From NCBI RefSeq assembly GCF_016433145.1, contig NC_058133.1, forward strand, positions 189,960,306 to 190,024,305: a DNA stretch of 64,000 nucleotides, given 5' to 3'. Below, in pieces: positions 52,120-64,000 of this stretch; within the stretch, counting starts at the first letter, position 1, and each line of letters begins with the position of its first letter. Source of the stretch: Gracilinanus agilis (Eukaryota). A model generated the notes under the pieces. The model ran no database searches. It was not told the DNA's origin and saw only the letters and a list, made by a program, of their open reading frames with translations. A program made the position numbers and the translations under genes.

Positions 52120-55100
52120 GAACAGACAGAGAGGAGAGGCTATAGGGGCAGTGAGACTAATAAAACACATATGTAATATAGTCTTTACTTCAGTGCACTG
52201 ATTAAAGTGAGTTAAGAAGTTAAGTTATGCTGGCACGATTGTAGACTGTGGGGAGGAAGTTTGGAGTTTTTTAGTGATGATAGTTCTTGGGAATCCTACT
52301 GGAGCTGCTGCCTATCCTCTCTTGAGCATTTTCAGTACTGAGTGTGAGTTCCTTGAAAAAGTTGGCTGTAGATGAGTCAAGTCCAGCTTTAATGGAGGTT
52401 CTAGCTGAAATCTGTAGCAGAAGTAGTCACATTAAACCAAATCTGAATTTGCCCCTTTTTGGCCATTACAGTGACATTTTACGGATGGATTCCACCAATG
52501 CAGATGCACTGTACGTGCGAGGCTTGTGCCTTTATTATGAAGACTGTATCGAGAAAGCAGTTCAGTTTTTTGTACAGGCCCTCAGGATGGCCCCAGACCA
52601 TGAGAAGGCTTGTCTTGCCTGCAGAGTAAGTCCTAGGCACTTAGTTTAAAGTGGGAAAGGTAGCTTCTCTGATAACCAAGCTAGTCAGAGTGGGAGGCCC
52701 TTGGATTAAGGGGACAGTGTAGAACTTCAGGGGAATATATTGGCCCTTTACCTTACTCTGTTGAGGGATATAGTCTTTTGGTTACAATAGTTCAGGCATT
52801 TTTTGGCTCGCCTAGAAACAGTTGGGCAGCTAGGTGGCCCAATAGAGTGCTCAGCCTGGAGGCAGGAAAACTCTTCCTGGGTTCAAATCTGGCTTCAGAC
52901 ACTTATTAGCTCAGTGACCCTGGGAAAGTCACTTTTAGCACCTTTTGCCTCAATTTCCTCATCTGTAAAATGAACTGGAGAAAGAAATGGCAAACCACTC
53001 CAGTATCTTTGCCAAGAAAACCCCCTGAGGGAGGTGGGGAATAAGCTGGGTAAATTCAGTGGATTGATAGCCAGGCCTAAAGGTGGGAAGTCCTAGGTTC
53101 AAATATGGCCTCAGACACTGCCCAGCTGTGTGACCCTGGGCAAGTCACTTAACCCCCATTACCTAGCCCTTACCACTCTTCTATCTTGAAACCAATACAT
53201 GGTATTGATTCTAAGGCAGAAGGTAAAAATAAAAAAAAGGAAAAAAAATCCAAATGGGGCCGTAAAGAATTGGACATGACTAGAAAATGACCAAACAACA
53301 AAAACAATTAGAAATTTGCTAGGACCTGAATGCTATCTGGGTCCCTAAAACATGGAAAAAGAAACCTTTAACCTAATACATCTACTTGATGGAGTTGAGG
53401 GAGGAGGGAACATAATGGAGAATTGAAATCCACAATTAGCCCCAACGCTTCATTTTTTTAGCCTTCTCTTCTGCAATGCAGGACAAGTAGTTAGATGAAT
53501 ATGGATTTGTACCTTTTTTTTCCCTACCTCCCAAACTCATGCAGGAATTCTAGTAAAAAATGTGATAATTTAAAGAGGAGAAATGATTGGAGGATTAAAA
53601 AAGAGGGAGGGAACCCCACAGTTGTTGGACTTGGAACTGTATTTTTTTTTTTTAGTTCAACAAAAACTTATTAATCACCCATTATATTTAAGGTGCTGTG
53701 CTAGGCACTAGATATGAATTAAATGTAAATAAAAAATTATAGCTCTTGACTTTAAGAATCTTGTCATCTAACTTTTAATCAAATTGTAATAACTGGGGGC
53801 AGCTAGGTAGCTCAGTGGATTGAGAGCCAGGCCTAGAGTCTGGAGGTCTTAGGTTCAAATCTGGCCTTAGACACTTCCTAGGTAGGTGACCCCGGGCAGG
53901 TCACTTCACCCCCATTGCCTGGCTCTTACCACTCTTATGCCTTGGAACCAATACACAGTATTGTCTCTAAGATGGAAAGTGAAAGTTAAAAGAAAAAAAA
54001 AATGTTAAAGGTGATAGAAGGTGCCAGAAAAGTGCTAAGCTAATTTGTTATCTCTTTCATCTGGAGATTGGTGGGATATTTCCTGCAGGAAGTCTCATGT
54101 GAGTTGGGATGAAGTAAGGAAAGGATTCAACAGAGATGGAAGGGGGGAGAGTCCATTTCAGGCATGGGAGGTGTCAGAAACAAAGCTAGAAGATGATGGC
54201 AGACAGGACCAAAAAGTGGCCAGAGATCAGTCCAATCTGGCTGAAACAGTGTTCCAATAAAAATGATAAGAAATAAATAGCTGGCCCCCACAGTGTATAG
54301 AGAGTCTCAGATACTGCTAGGGGCAGGTGGCATCCTCTCATCTATAGCCCCCACTGGTGCAACTGACTCATCCCTTGCTTTTTCACTTAGAATGCCAAAG
54401 CACTCAAAGCGAAAAAAGAAGATGGCAACAAAGCATTTAAAGAAGGGAATTACAAATTAGCATATGAACTGTACACAGAAGCCCTGGGGATCGATCCTAA
54501 CAATATAAAAACAAATGCCAAACTCTACTGTAATCGAGGGACCGTGAATGCCAAGGTAAGCACTTAACTTAAGCTGTGGGATCAGAGAGATATGTAGTGG
54601 GCTGGGGGTCCTCGGAAGAATGTGTGGGCACCAGCTCTCCTGCCCATATGGGAGGAAAGACAGCCATCTTGGAGAGGTGCTAATGTGCTTTGATGAGGGT
54701 TCCTATGGTCAGGAGGTTACTGTATTTGCTTTGCTTCCCACATTTTGGTAGGTAGGAGACCCTTGAGGAACAGTTTGAAAAAAATAGCTAAATCTCTTAG
54801 AGGGAGATACTTCCCAGTTGGTCCATCTCAGGGACTTGCTTTGAACATTTGAAAGAATGGTTGAAGGTTTTTAAAAATGACATTTAGGTGACACAGTAGA
54901 TAGAGCACCAGACCTAGAGACAGGAGGTGTCCTGGATTAAAAGGTGGACTCAGATATTTCCTAACTGGGTGACCTTGGGCAAGTCACTTAACTCCCATTG
55001 CCTAGCTTTTATTGCTCTTCTGCGTTGGAACCAATATACAGTATTGTTATTATGGAAGTAAGGATTTTTAAAAATGCTAAATTAGGCAAAAAATTAAAAT

Positions 55101-58100
55101 TACATTTATTGCTATTTTGTGTCTCTTTGACAGAGGACTTATAGCATAGAGAAAAGAGTTAGGAAACCTGAGTTCATACATTAGTTGTAGCACTCGTTAG
55201 CTGGCTGGGTTGCCATAAGCTCCTTCAGCAATTTGCTTCTTAGACTTCTTGTCTCTATTATGATTTGGGTGATAATCCTTGCACTATTGACATCCCAGAT
55301 CTTTTGATAAACAGATTGCTTTGTAAATCTTCAGTGCTAACATCATTGTGAATGGTGGTTGTCTCCTTTCTAGATCTGGGGGAATTGGAGCTTTGGTTAT
55401 CCTCTTACATATTATAACCACAGTGCTAGGTGTTTATATTTGATTCAGTGTCTACTATGCCCTATGCACCACAGGAAACAAATGAGAAAATACAGTCCTT
55501 TTCATCTGGGAAGTTACACTGTCCCAAGAGCACATGCTTCTAGATCTTTGTTCTTCTAGAAGAATGTGGTTTAGGGGTAGTTTTAATAGGCCCAATGTTT
55601 TTCCTTATCTAGGCATTGGTATTAATATAGAATAGGAGAGACAGGGCCACACAAGTTTTTCAGGACAATTTGATTACATGATGAATTGCATACAATTTTA
55701 ATTACAATTATTAATCATCCAGACTTGCTAGCACGATCTCTGGCCGAGAGTTAAAAATGGACAGGAGGATAGGTTAATTTAAGTATGTTAACTTTTTAGG
55801 TAAAAGAATGTCATCTAAAAGTTTCAGACAGGTTATACCCTACCTAGGGTTATAGTGGCTAAAATTGGCCCATGGGTTCTATATTGGATTGCCTAGGGTC
55901 TGGTCCTTAGTTGGGTTCAGATTAATCCTGGGGCCTGAGGGGAAGTGTTCTGTTGGTTTTTCTAATGCTTGAAAGCAACTGTGATAATTAGATAGAGGCT
56001 GAGAGTGCCTCTGTTCCTCTTATCTAGTATTATGATATCATGTTTATAGCCTCAACTGACCAAGAAAGTGAGATGTGACTGCTGTCTTTTTCCTGAAGCT
56101 TAGGAAACTAGATGATGCAATAGAAGACTGTACAAATGCTGTAAAATTGGATGACACATACATCAAGGCTTACCTGAGAAGAGCACAATGGTGAGCAAAG
56201 AGCCTTTTCTCCCTGTAGGGCAAGAACTCTTGGAGGGATCTCCAGCAGCCCCTCCCCTGGTGAATTGCATTGTATTGTTGGTGTAGTTTGGGTTGTTATT
56301 TTTAAATCTTTATAATACATTTTGGCTTTACATTGTACTTATTTGCTGAATAAATGCCTCTTCTCCCCACCTAGCAATAGATGTCCTTTAGAAGAAAGAG
56401 GAAAAGAAAGCGTTTGAGTTTTCTAACCAAGGCATCAGCCAAATCTGATAGTGTAGATTCCACATTCATATTCTGCACCTCTACAAAACAGGAGGATTAG
56501 AGGGTACATTTTCTTCTTCTTTAAGGAGCTAGGCTTCCTTAGAGTTTTCAGTTTCACGACAGTTGCATTTTGAGTGATAAATTAGACCTTATTAAGTTTA
56601 TGTGGTTTCTCCTCTGCCTGTAGTTGAGTTTGTTAAGTACTACAGTATATTTATAGACTTTTTAGTAGAGGAGAACACACAGGTTGCTTAGTTCTTCTGT
56701 GCCTCTTACCTTAAGCCAACTGTCATCATCAATGATGATACTACCATCATTCCTAGCCCTCAGCAGAGACCTTTTCTCATATTTCAGTGAACAAATTGAA
56801 GTCATCCTTTAAGAGCACCTTTTCTGTAATACCTTCAGATTACCTCAACATCATTACCCAGATACTCACTTGCTCCAATTTTGGAGGGTCTGTCCAGTCT
56901 CGAGTGCACAGTTCAACAAGACTACTTGTTCCCTTGATCCATATCTTCCATGAACTTTCTCCTTTGATCATCCCTCCCTAATTTTCAATCTCTTCTTAAA
57001 CATAGTTCTCTCCAACTGCTTAAAAACATATATAACCCTTCCCCATACTCAAAATCTTCAGTTGACCTTACCATTCCATTAGCTATTATCCTATATCCTA
57101 TTTTCTGTTATCATCAAACTCTTAGAAAAAATTAGCTGGAATCATTGCTTCTGCTTTCTCATTTCATAATCATATCTCCTTCCTTTATAGCCTGGTCTCC
57201 AACCTCACCACTCAACTGAATCTCTTCTCCCCAGAATTACCAAAGAATTTATTGATTACCAGATCCAACAGTCTTTTCTCACTTCTTCTCCTTGATATTT
57301 TTCCAGCATTTGACACTGACTAACTCAGACACTCTTTTCCCAGGATCTTTATTCCATTCTTCTATCCTGGTTTTTCAACTACCTGCCTGCTTGCTTCTCA
57401 GTTTCCTTTGCTTGGATCATCCATGCCCTCCTCCCTCTGTGTGAGTATACTCCCAGAGATCTGTCCATCCGTCTCTCTGCCTCTCTCTGTCTTTGTCTCT
57501 GTCTCTTCCCTTCCCCCCTCACCCCCCTTTTGCTTAGCTGTCATGGAGTCAATGATCACTTTTTTACAAATGACTTTCAGATTTATGTATCCAGTTTTAA
57601 TCTCCCCTAAAGATCAATTCTGTATCACCAACTTCCTGTTGTACATCTCCAACTGGATGATCCAAAGAGCATCTCAAACTAACATATCCAAAACAGAACC
57701 CACTATCTTTTTCACCAGACCTTTATCTTCTTCCTAACCTCTCATTTCTGATGAGGGCCCCACCAACTTTCCAGTCACTCAGGTTCACAAGCTTGGAGTC
57801 CTCTTCTCTTCCTTTTTATCTCTTATATCCATTCCTTTGCCAAGTCCTCTACAATATCTACCTTCACAGTATCTTTCATAGCTCTCTGCTGACAGTTACC
57901 ATCTACAGACTCTCTTTGAACTCCTTATCTTCAGGCTCTTCTCTGTCCAATCCATCTTCCATATAGTTGCCAATTCATAGAGCACAGAAGTAACCATCAC
58001 ATTCCCCTGCCCAAGAAGCTTCAGTAGTTTTCCATTCCTTCTAAGATAAAATACTAATTTCTCTGGCTTTTAAAACCCTAACCAATCTGGCTCCACCCTA

Positions 58101-61100
58101 CCTTTCTGGGCTTATTACACATTACTCCCTTTTCACGCACTCTATGGTCTAACCAAGCTAGCATTCTTATTCCTTACACATAACATTTCTTCTCTCTTCT
58201 TTTCCTTTGCATAGGCTGTCCCCCATGCCTGGAATGTATTCCTTCACCTCCACTGCATACAATCCCCGGCTTCCTTCAAAGGTCAGCTCAAGTGACACCT
58301 CCTACAAGCCCATTCTGATTCCCTTAATTGCTAGTGCACTCCCCTTGGAAAAGATTTTCTGTTTATTTTGCATCTTGTACATGTGGCCCTACCCCAGCCC
58401 TTGTACACTGTAAACTCCTTGAGAGCAGGGCTGGTTTGTTTTTGGCTTCATATTTCCACTGCATAGGGCTTAATAAATATTTGTTTAATGTAAAAATTAA
58501 GTTAGTAACTTTAAAATATTTATTTTTGTGTTTTTAACAATTACATGTAATAACAAATTTCCACTTAAGTTTTCCAAAGTTATATGATCCAAATTGTCTC
58601 CCTTCCTCTTTCCCTTCTCCTTCCCGGAGCTGGCAAGCAATTCATCTGGGTAATAGACATATTATCACACAAAACATATTTCCATATTATTCATTTTTGT
58701 AAGTGAATGATTTTATAAAACTAAAACCCCAAAGCATAAACCCAAATAAAAATAAACAAGTGAAAGATCATACACTTTCATCGAAGTCAGTAATTTAAAA
58801 TGTCTTCATAGTAACTCTCCTTTGATACCTGATTCAAATCCCTTTCGTGGCATCTAAAACAATTTCCTTTGGATATTTTGCTTGTCTTCTCTCTACCCTG
58901 ATGATCACTTTGAGGGAGCTAGGGGACGCGGTGGAAAAAGCATTAGGCCAAGATTCAGGAAGACTTGAGTTTGAATCTATCCTCAGATTTCGCTCTTTAC
59001 TAGTTGTGTGATCCTGAGCAAGTCACTTAACCTATTTGCCACAATCTCCTAAACTGTAAAATGGGAATAATAATAATAGGACCTAACCTCTCAGGGTTGT
59101 TGTTAGAATTAAATGAGATAATATTTGTAAAATGCTTAGCAGAGTACCTGGTATGTAGTAGTCATTTAATAAATGCTTATTTCCTTCCTTTTTTCCTTCC
59201 CCTCTTTCCATCCCTTCTTTCCCTTCCTCCCTTTCCTTCTTTCTTTCTTCCTTCTTTCCCTTTTTTCTTTCCATCCTTTCTTCCCTTCCTCTTCTTCTTT
59301 CCTTTCCCCTCTTTTCCTTCCTCCTTCTTCCTTCCCAGAAACTGGAGATAAATGAGTGCTATGCTGATATATCTAGTCTGTCTTGGGTGAGAAAAACAAA
59401 GTAGTTCTTTTTGATTTCAGAGGTGATGTTTACCCCTGAACTTAAAGCAACCTTTTTTCTCAAATCAAAAGAATAAAATTCTAAGGACTTGGGAATCTCT
59501 CTTGTTCATCCTCCTTCCCTTCTAGACAAGATCACACCCAATTCTTCCTAGTAGAGAACCTCTTTATTTTTCAGTATTCCAGAAGGAGACATTTCTACAT
59601 TACCTTTAAGTAATTTGATTCAGTCTTATCTTGATGCAGAGCAAAGGGTGTAGTGGTGGTGATGGTGGCAGCATTGGTAGTGATAGTGGTGGTGGTAATG
59701 GTGGTAATGGCTTCTTACATGCAATAGTGATTCTTTTCTTTCCTAGCAAGAGGAAAAGGATGATTTATCAATACTATTACATATAAGTGTGTGCATTATA
59801 TAGTGAATCTTAAACTTCATTGTTTCATGAAATTCTTCATTGAGGCATAAGACTTAGTGGACCATCTGTCGTTTTTTTTGCTTGCACACATACACACACC
59901 CTCATTAGAATTACTGAGGATAGTGATGATTTTAACAATGAGGTAGATATTTGCTTAGCCATTCAATCAAGCATTTATTAAGCACCTACTATGTACTAGG
60001 CACTCTGTTAAGTCCTGACATTACAAAGACAAAAATGAAACAGTCCCTACCTTCATCCTGTCAGAGAAAACAGACATGCACATCTAAAGGCATATGCAAA
60101 ATAAATATAAAGTGATTATGGCAGGAAGAAGGCACCAGCAGCTGGGGAATCCAGAAAGGATTCTATAGGTGATACTTGAGATGAATATCGAAAAAAACTA
60201 GGAATTCTAACTAAAGTGGGTAAAGAGGAGAAGTACATTCAAGGCATAGGGATAGGAAATGGAGTGCCCACTAAGAGGAACAGTTAAGAAGGCCAATTTT
60301 GCCAAACAAGGAGGTTCCATTTGGTTTATTTTAAATTAAATTCCCAAAACATAATCATGTAAACAAATAATGATCTCAAGGACTATTAAAGATCATCAGA
60401 TCATTTATGTATGTATATCAGTTCAAGGAATCCTTGAGAACATTGCTTTTGTTATAAATAATTGATTGTCTTTGAGGTAGGCGCAAAATCATCTTGCTCT
60501 CATAGCTTTGGTTTTTAGATCCATCCAAGAAAGCCTCATTGACACAATCAGCTGAGTTATCCATTTTTTGGCCTGGAGATCTGTTTCCTGTCCCTAACAG
60601 GAAAACTGTGATAGTATATTAAAATTATCTCCCCTGCTTGGAAAGACTTTGGATCTCCGTGCTTGCTTGTTACCTGCACTGTTGTTCACCTGACTTTAGT
60701 TTCACATAATTCTCCATATCTATTTATGCTCCTGGCTGCTCTCAATTCAAGAGTTGTATTTCATGTCTTTATTGTTGCTCTGTCACTTTCATACTAGTTT
60801 CTTGTACTGTTTGGTTACTACTTAATAAAAATAGTGGTATTTAAAACTCCAGTCTTCTTTTTTGCCAGTTAGTTTGGAGGGACAGTTTGAGCCTTCCTTA
60901 AAAGGCTAAGATTTAAATGATAGTATTCTGAGCCAAATCACAGTAGGAGCGAAGAGCCTTGCTGCTTGTCTGTAAATACTTTCTATGCTCCAATTCATGA
61001 CTGGCACATTCTACTCCATTGATAATGCCTTTTATTTGCCAGCAGTCTTATCAGGACATGGAAGATGATCCCATCCACCTTTGTCTGCCTTTCACATGTA

Positions 61101-63681
61101 CCCATGAGAGAGGAAGAGGACCTTAGCTTTGATGCCACTCCTTTGTACTTGGGAGAAAAGAACCAGAATGAGTCAATTTTCCTCATCCTCTATATTCTCC
61201 ATGTGTGTCTCAGCACATTTGTCTTTCAGGGTTGGCTTGTCCAATGGCAAGTATGTGCCAGCCACTAAATTGGCTTGTTGAATTTATTTTTCTTTTTGTT
61301 AACTGGCCCTAATTTTGGCTTAACATTCATGCCATGGTTCCCTGAGATCAGAATCTTCTGGCCTCCTGGGGGTTGCCTGGCTCTTTAAAACTTGAGCCAA
61401 ACCTAGAAGTCCAGACAGAAAGGACTCTAGGGTTATTTGATCCATCTCTCTCTCATTATACAGGAGCATTTGTGCTGCTCTTCCCAAGTTAGCCCTTGCA
61501 GCCACCTCTTTGGAGGCTCTATGCCTCCAGTAAAGGAGCTTCCCTTCCTTTCCCTTCCCCAGGAACAGGCATCTCCTTGCTTGTGGGTCTTGGCCTGGGG
61601 AGCCCAGGTGCCTTGAGACCTGTCTGACTTGTGCTCCAGGAGAATGGCAGGTAATTCTGTCCCTGGGGAATGGATTTTTGGGTTTCTATTTTAAATATAA
61701 AACAAATATAAAACTTTCTACCTAAGTATGTGCCCTAGACCACACCAGATTTTTCCCCTAAGTTTCCTGCCAGTCGTAGCTGGTGTTGAATACTCATTCA
61801 ACTGCCTTGTGTCTATAGCACTGTAGTGACCTGTGTTTCCTTCTCAGTTACATGGATACAGAGCAATTCGAGGAAGCAGTTCGGGACTATGAAAAAGTTT
61901 ATCAGACAGAGAAAACGAAAGGTAAAGGAATTTGAGGTGGTTGCTTGTGGGGAGGGGAGGAGGAAGGGAATGGTTATGTGCCCTCCATCATTGTCTAGAC
62001 ATGGTTTCAGGGCTTGGTTTCAAGGTCAGTGATGGCTCATGTGAGTGCCAGCCAGCTGAAGTAGTAGACTGGGAGGCAGGGCACCTGTATCGTAATACTG
62101 GCTCCACTCCAACTCAGAAGGCATCTTCTCTCTGGGCCTCAGCTTCTGTATATGCACAATGGAAAAGCTAATGTCAACCCCTCTCTTTCCAGGGATGGCA
62201 TGTGGACAGATGTAATAGGTATGAATATGCTTTGGGAGTTGCATAAAATCCCTTGGCATAGTTATGGAAGTGATTCCAGGCAAGCTGGGCAGGGTTCTAG
62301 TGACAATAACCATAGTCAGAGTTATCCAATGAGCCTCTTGTCTCCTTCCAGAACACAAGCAACTCTTGAAAAATGCTCAGCTGGAACTAAAGAAGAGCAA
62401 GAGGAAAGATTACTACAAAATTCTAGGTGTGGACAAGAATGCCTCCGAGGATGAAATTAAAAAAGCCTATAGGAAGAGGGCATTAATGCACCATCCAGGT
62501 AGGAAGAGAGAAGGGCCAGACAGGTGCCTCTGTAGAGCCAAAGGAAAGCAATTCTCCTGTGACTTTTACATGATCACAATGTGTCCTTCATATTTGGTCA
62601 AACTTCATATTATAAAGTCAGGGGAGAGGCAGCTGGGTGGCTCAGTGGATTGAGAGCCAGGCTTGGAGACAGGAGATCCTGGGTTCAACTGTGGCCTTAG
62701 ACACTTCCTAGCTGTATGACCCTGGGCAAGTCACTTAACCCCCATTGCTTAGCCCTTACTGCTCTTCTGCCTTGGAACTGATACTTAGTATTGATTCTAA
62801 GACAGATGGTGAGGGTTTCAAAAAAAAAAAAAATCAGAAAAATCAGGTGTGTTTTCTCAAGCCTAATCCCAATAAGGCTCTTATTCCCTCACCCATCTGC
62901 TCCCCACCTTAGATCGACACAGTGGAGCCAGTGCTGAAGTCCAAAAGGAGGAAGAGAAGAAGTTCAAAGAAGTTGGTGAAGCCTTCACTATCCTCTCTGA
63001 CCCTAAGAAAAAGACTCGTTATGACAGTGGGCAAGACTTGGATGAGGAGGGCATGAATATGGGCGGTAAGTCTTTTGTGAGTGTTTTGTGTTTTGCCAAG
63101 CAGCCAGACTCACTGAAATCAAACCCTTTGTTAGGTTATTAAGGTGTGTGTGGAGTGAGCTTGTGTATCATACTCACACACCTGTTCTTAGAATAAGAGA
63201 GCAAAAGAAATTAGAGGAGTCAGTTCCTGGGGTTTGTAGTGAGATGAAGCACATATAGGGAAGGCCTTCAGTGAGTGAATATATGAGAGAGGGTTGGGGG
63301 AAGGAGAAAGAGGGAGGGGAGTGGTGGAAAGAGACAGAAAATAGTGAGAGAGGAAGGGAGGGAGAGAGAGGAGAAAAGACAGAGAGGGGGGTGGGGCTCA
63401 GAATCAGGTTTGGAAATAAAATGGAAGAAAGCAGCAGAGGCAGGACGAAGTTTTATGTGGGGGATGGGTTGGGTGATGGCAATTTAGCATCTATATCTTG
63501 AGTCTCCTACTTCAGAGCATTGTGCTGGGTTTGGGAGAGTGAAGAGGGAGATGGCATAGAGAACCCTCTCAAGTTCTTTTGACTCTTTCTTGCCTTCCTA
63601 ATTTGTTCTGTCTTCCAGATTTTGATGCCAACAACATCTTCAAGGCATTCTTTGGTGGTCCAGGGGGTTTCAGCTTTGAAG
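30160..63681 (+). CDS. DNAJC7: DnaJ homolog subfamily C member 7 (TPR2; TPR repeats plus J domain), 3'-partial (last exon beyond the window)
   Basis: Exons 30160-30251, 45076-45164, 45960-46084, 46230-46343, 47222-47296, 51720-51838, 52472-52625, 54391-54555, 56099-56190, 61848-61921, 62352-62498, 62913-63065, 63619-63681; all GT-AG and phase-consistent (487 codons +1 nt). [10 protein letters not shown] start, TPR helices, J domain KDYYKILGV...HPD. Confidence 0.97.
35930..36140 (+). mobile_element. SINE1_Mdo-like SINE
   Basis: Pattern match. Confidence 0.8.
38900..39800 (-). mobile_element. Old L1 3' region fragment
   Basis: AT-rich sequence resembling a marsupial L1 ORF2 end/3'UTR in reverse. 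Boundaries approximate. Confidence 0.5.
39829..40065. mobile_element. Possible degenerate LTR fragment inserted in the L1
   Basis: TG...CA ends with an imperfect 4-bp flank (GAGG/GAAG). Weak support. Confidence 0.3.
40095..40460. mobile_element. Head-to-head pair of SINE1_Mdo-like SINEs (40095-40265 -, 40290-40460 +)
   Basis: Two opposite-orientation pattern matches about 25 bp apart. Confidence 0.8.
41110..41720 (+). mobile_element. L1 ORF2 end and 3'UTR fragment
   Basis: gcacttttttgttgtaacaaagaatgggaaacaaagag...gattggggaatggctgaa...gaaacctgggagatttatatgaattgatg. Confidence 0.65.
44785..44975 (-). mobile_element. SINE1_Mdo-like SINE
   Basis: Reverse-complement pattern match about 100 bp upstream of DNAJC7 exon 2. 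Confidence 0.85.
46580..46790 (+). mobile_element. SINE1_Mdo-like SINE
   Basis: Pattern match about 240 bp downstream of DNAJC7 exon 4. Confidence 0.85.
47581..48776 (+). mobile_element. Non-autonomous hAT (Buster/Charlie-type) DNA transposon, 1196 bp, with internal retroviral cargo
   Basis: Perfect 8-bp TSD GTATAGGG (47573-47580 and 48777-48784) with central TA; degenerate TIRs CTGTGGTGTCCAACC / agttcctgtcactg; subterminal tggca..cagaggcc motif at both ends. Confidence 0.85.
47822..48400 (+). pseudogene. Decayed gamma-like (ERV1) integrase and env SU fragment
   Basis: [19 protein letters not shown] (47832-47891), [43 protein letters not shown] (48119-48208), then [17 protein letters not shown] / DCWVW (48334-48348) / PWWPL. 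Confidence 0.8.
50320..51020 (-). mobile_element. L2 LINE fragment
   Basis: ctcatcacacctcacctggactag...aatcaaatacaaacttctctattggccatttagagccctttacaatctg...ends aaataggtacttataaatgct. Confidence 0.7.
51045..51250 (+). mobile_element. SINE1_Mdo-like SINE
   Basis: Pattern match. Confidence 0.85.
52060..52115. repeat. (GA)n microsatellite
   Basis: Directly visible. Confidence 0.95.
52825..53310 (+). mobile_element. Mar1-like SINE interrupted by a SINE1_Mdo copy (about 53040-53245)
   Basis: Mar1 tail (aaaacccc...aatggggccgtaaagaattggacatgactagaaaatgac) is split by a full SINE1 pattern. Confidence 0.7.
53795..54000 (+). mobile_element. SINE1_Mdo SINE
   Basis: Pattern match with A-tail. Confidence 0.88.
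56780..58490 (-). mobile_element. Long L2 LINE fragment
   Basis: Pyrimidine-rich L2 ORF2/3'-end-like sequence ending ...gtaaactccttgagagcagggc...gggcttaataaatatttgtt. Confidence 0.7.
59170..59340. repeat. Low-complexity (CTT/CCTT)-rich polypyrimidine tract
   Basis: Directly visible. Confidence 0.9.
62625..62832 (+). mobile_element. SINE1_Mdo SINE
   Basis: Pattern match with A-tail. Confidence 0.9.
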
Positions 63682-64000
63682 GTAAGCTTGATTGCTGCTT
63701 CTGGGGAAGTCGGGGGGGGGGGGGGGGATGAAGGACTACTGTCTTCTCCCCTGATGCAGTAACTTCAATGCCTCCCACTTTGTGGGTATGATGCAGTGGA
63801 TGTGGGGCAAATAGAACAAAAAATCTCAAGTCTTGGGGCTACTGGCAGCACCTCTGCCTGCCCCAGTATTGGGAGGATTTATTTGAGAACACTTCTAGGG
63901 AAGGAGATTCTCCTTCCTGGGTCCACAGGACCCTGCAGGTGGCAGTTGTCCCCAATGTTTTTTGTTTTTTTTTGTTGTTTTTTTTTTTAAACCCTTACCT

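Overview
Marsupial genomic DNA, most likely a didelphid opossum judging by the abundant SINE1_Mdo-like repeats plus Mar1/MIR, L1 and L2. The window is syntenic with human 17q21.2. It holds four protein-coding genes: (1) a C17orf113 ortholog (+, 2 coding exons, 685 aa), a domesticated hAT-transposase-derived gene with a TTF-type zinc finger, nested on the same strand inside a ZNF385C intron; (2) the last seven exons of ZNF385C (+); (3) complete NKIRAS2/kappaB-Ras2 (-, 191 aa), tail-to-tail with ZNF385C with interdigitated poly(A) signals; (4) DNAJC7 exons 1-13 of 14 (+), head-to-head with NKIRAS2 at a CpG island. Notable observations: a hAT DNA transposon with a perfect 8-bp TSD that carries a retroviral integrase-env fragment; a ~96% identical direct repeat split between the two convergent 3'UTRs; splice-phase-coherent upstream start options for C17orf113; a candidate antisense exon inside DNAJC7 intron 1 that would extend NKIRAS2 in frame; a candidate DNAJC7 poison exon; and a solo LTR with a duplicated junction. 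Exon coordinates were read by eye and checked for phase. Repeat boundaries are approximate, and no database searches were run.
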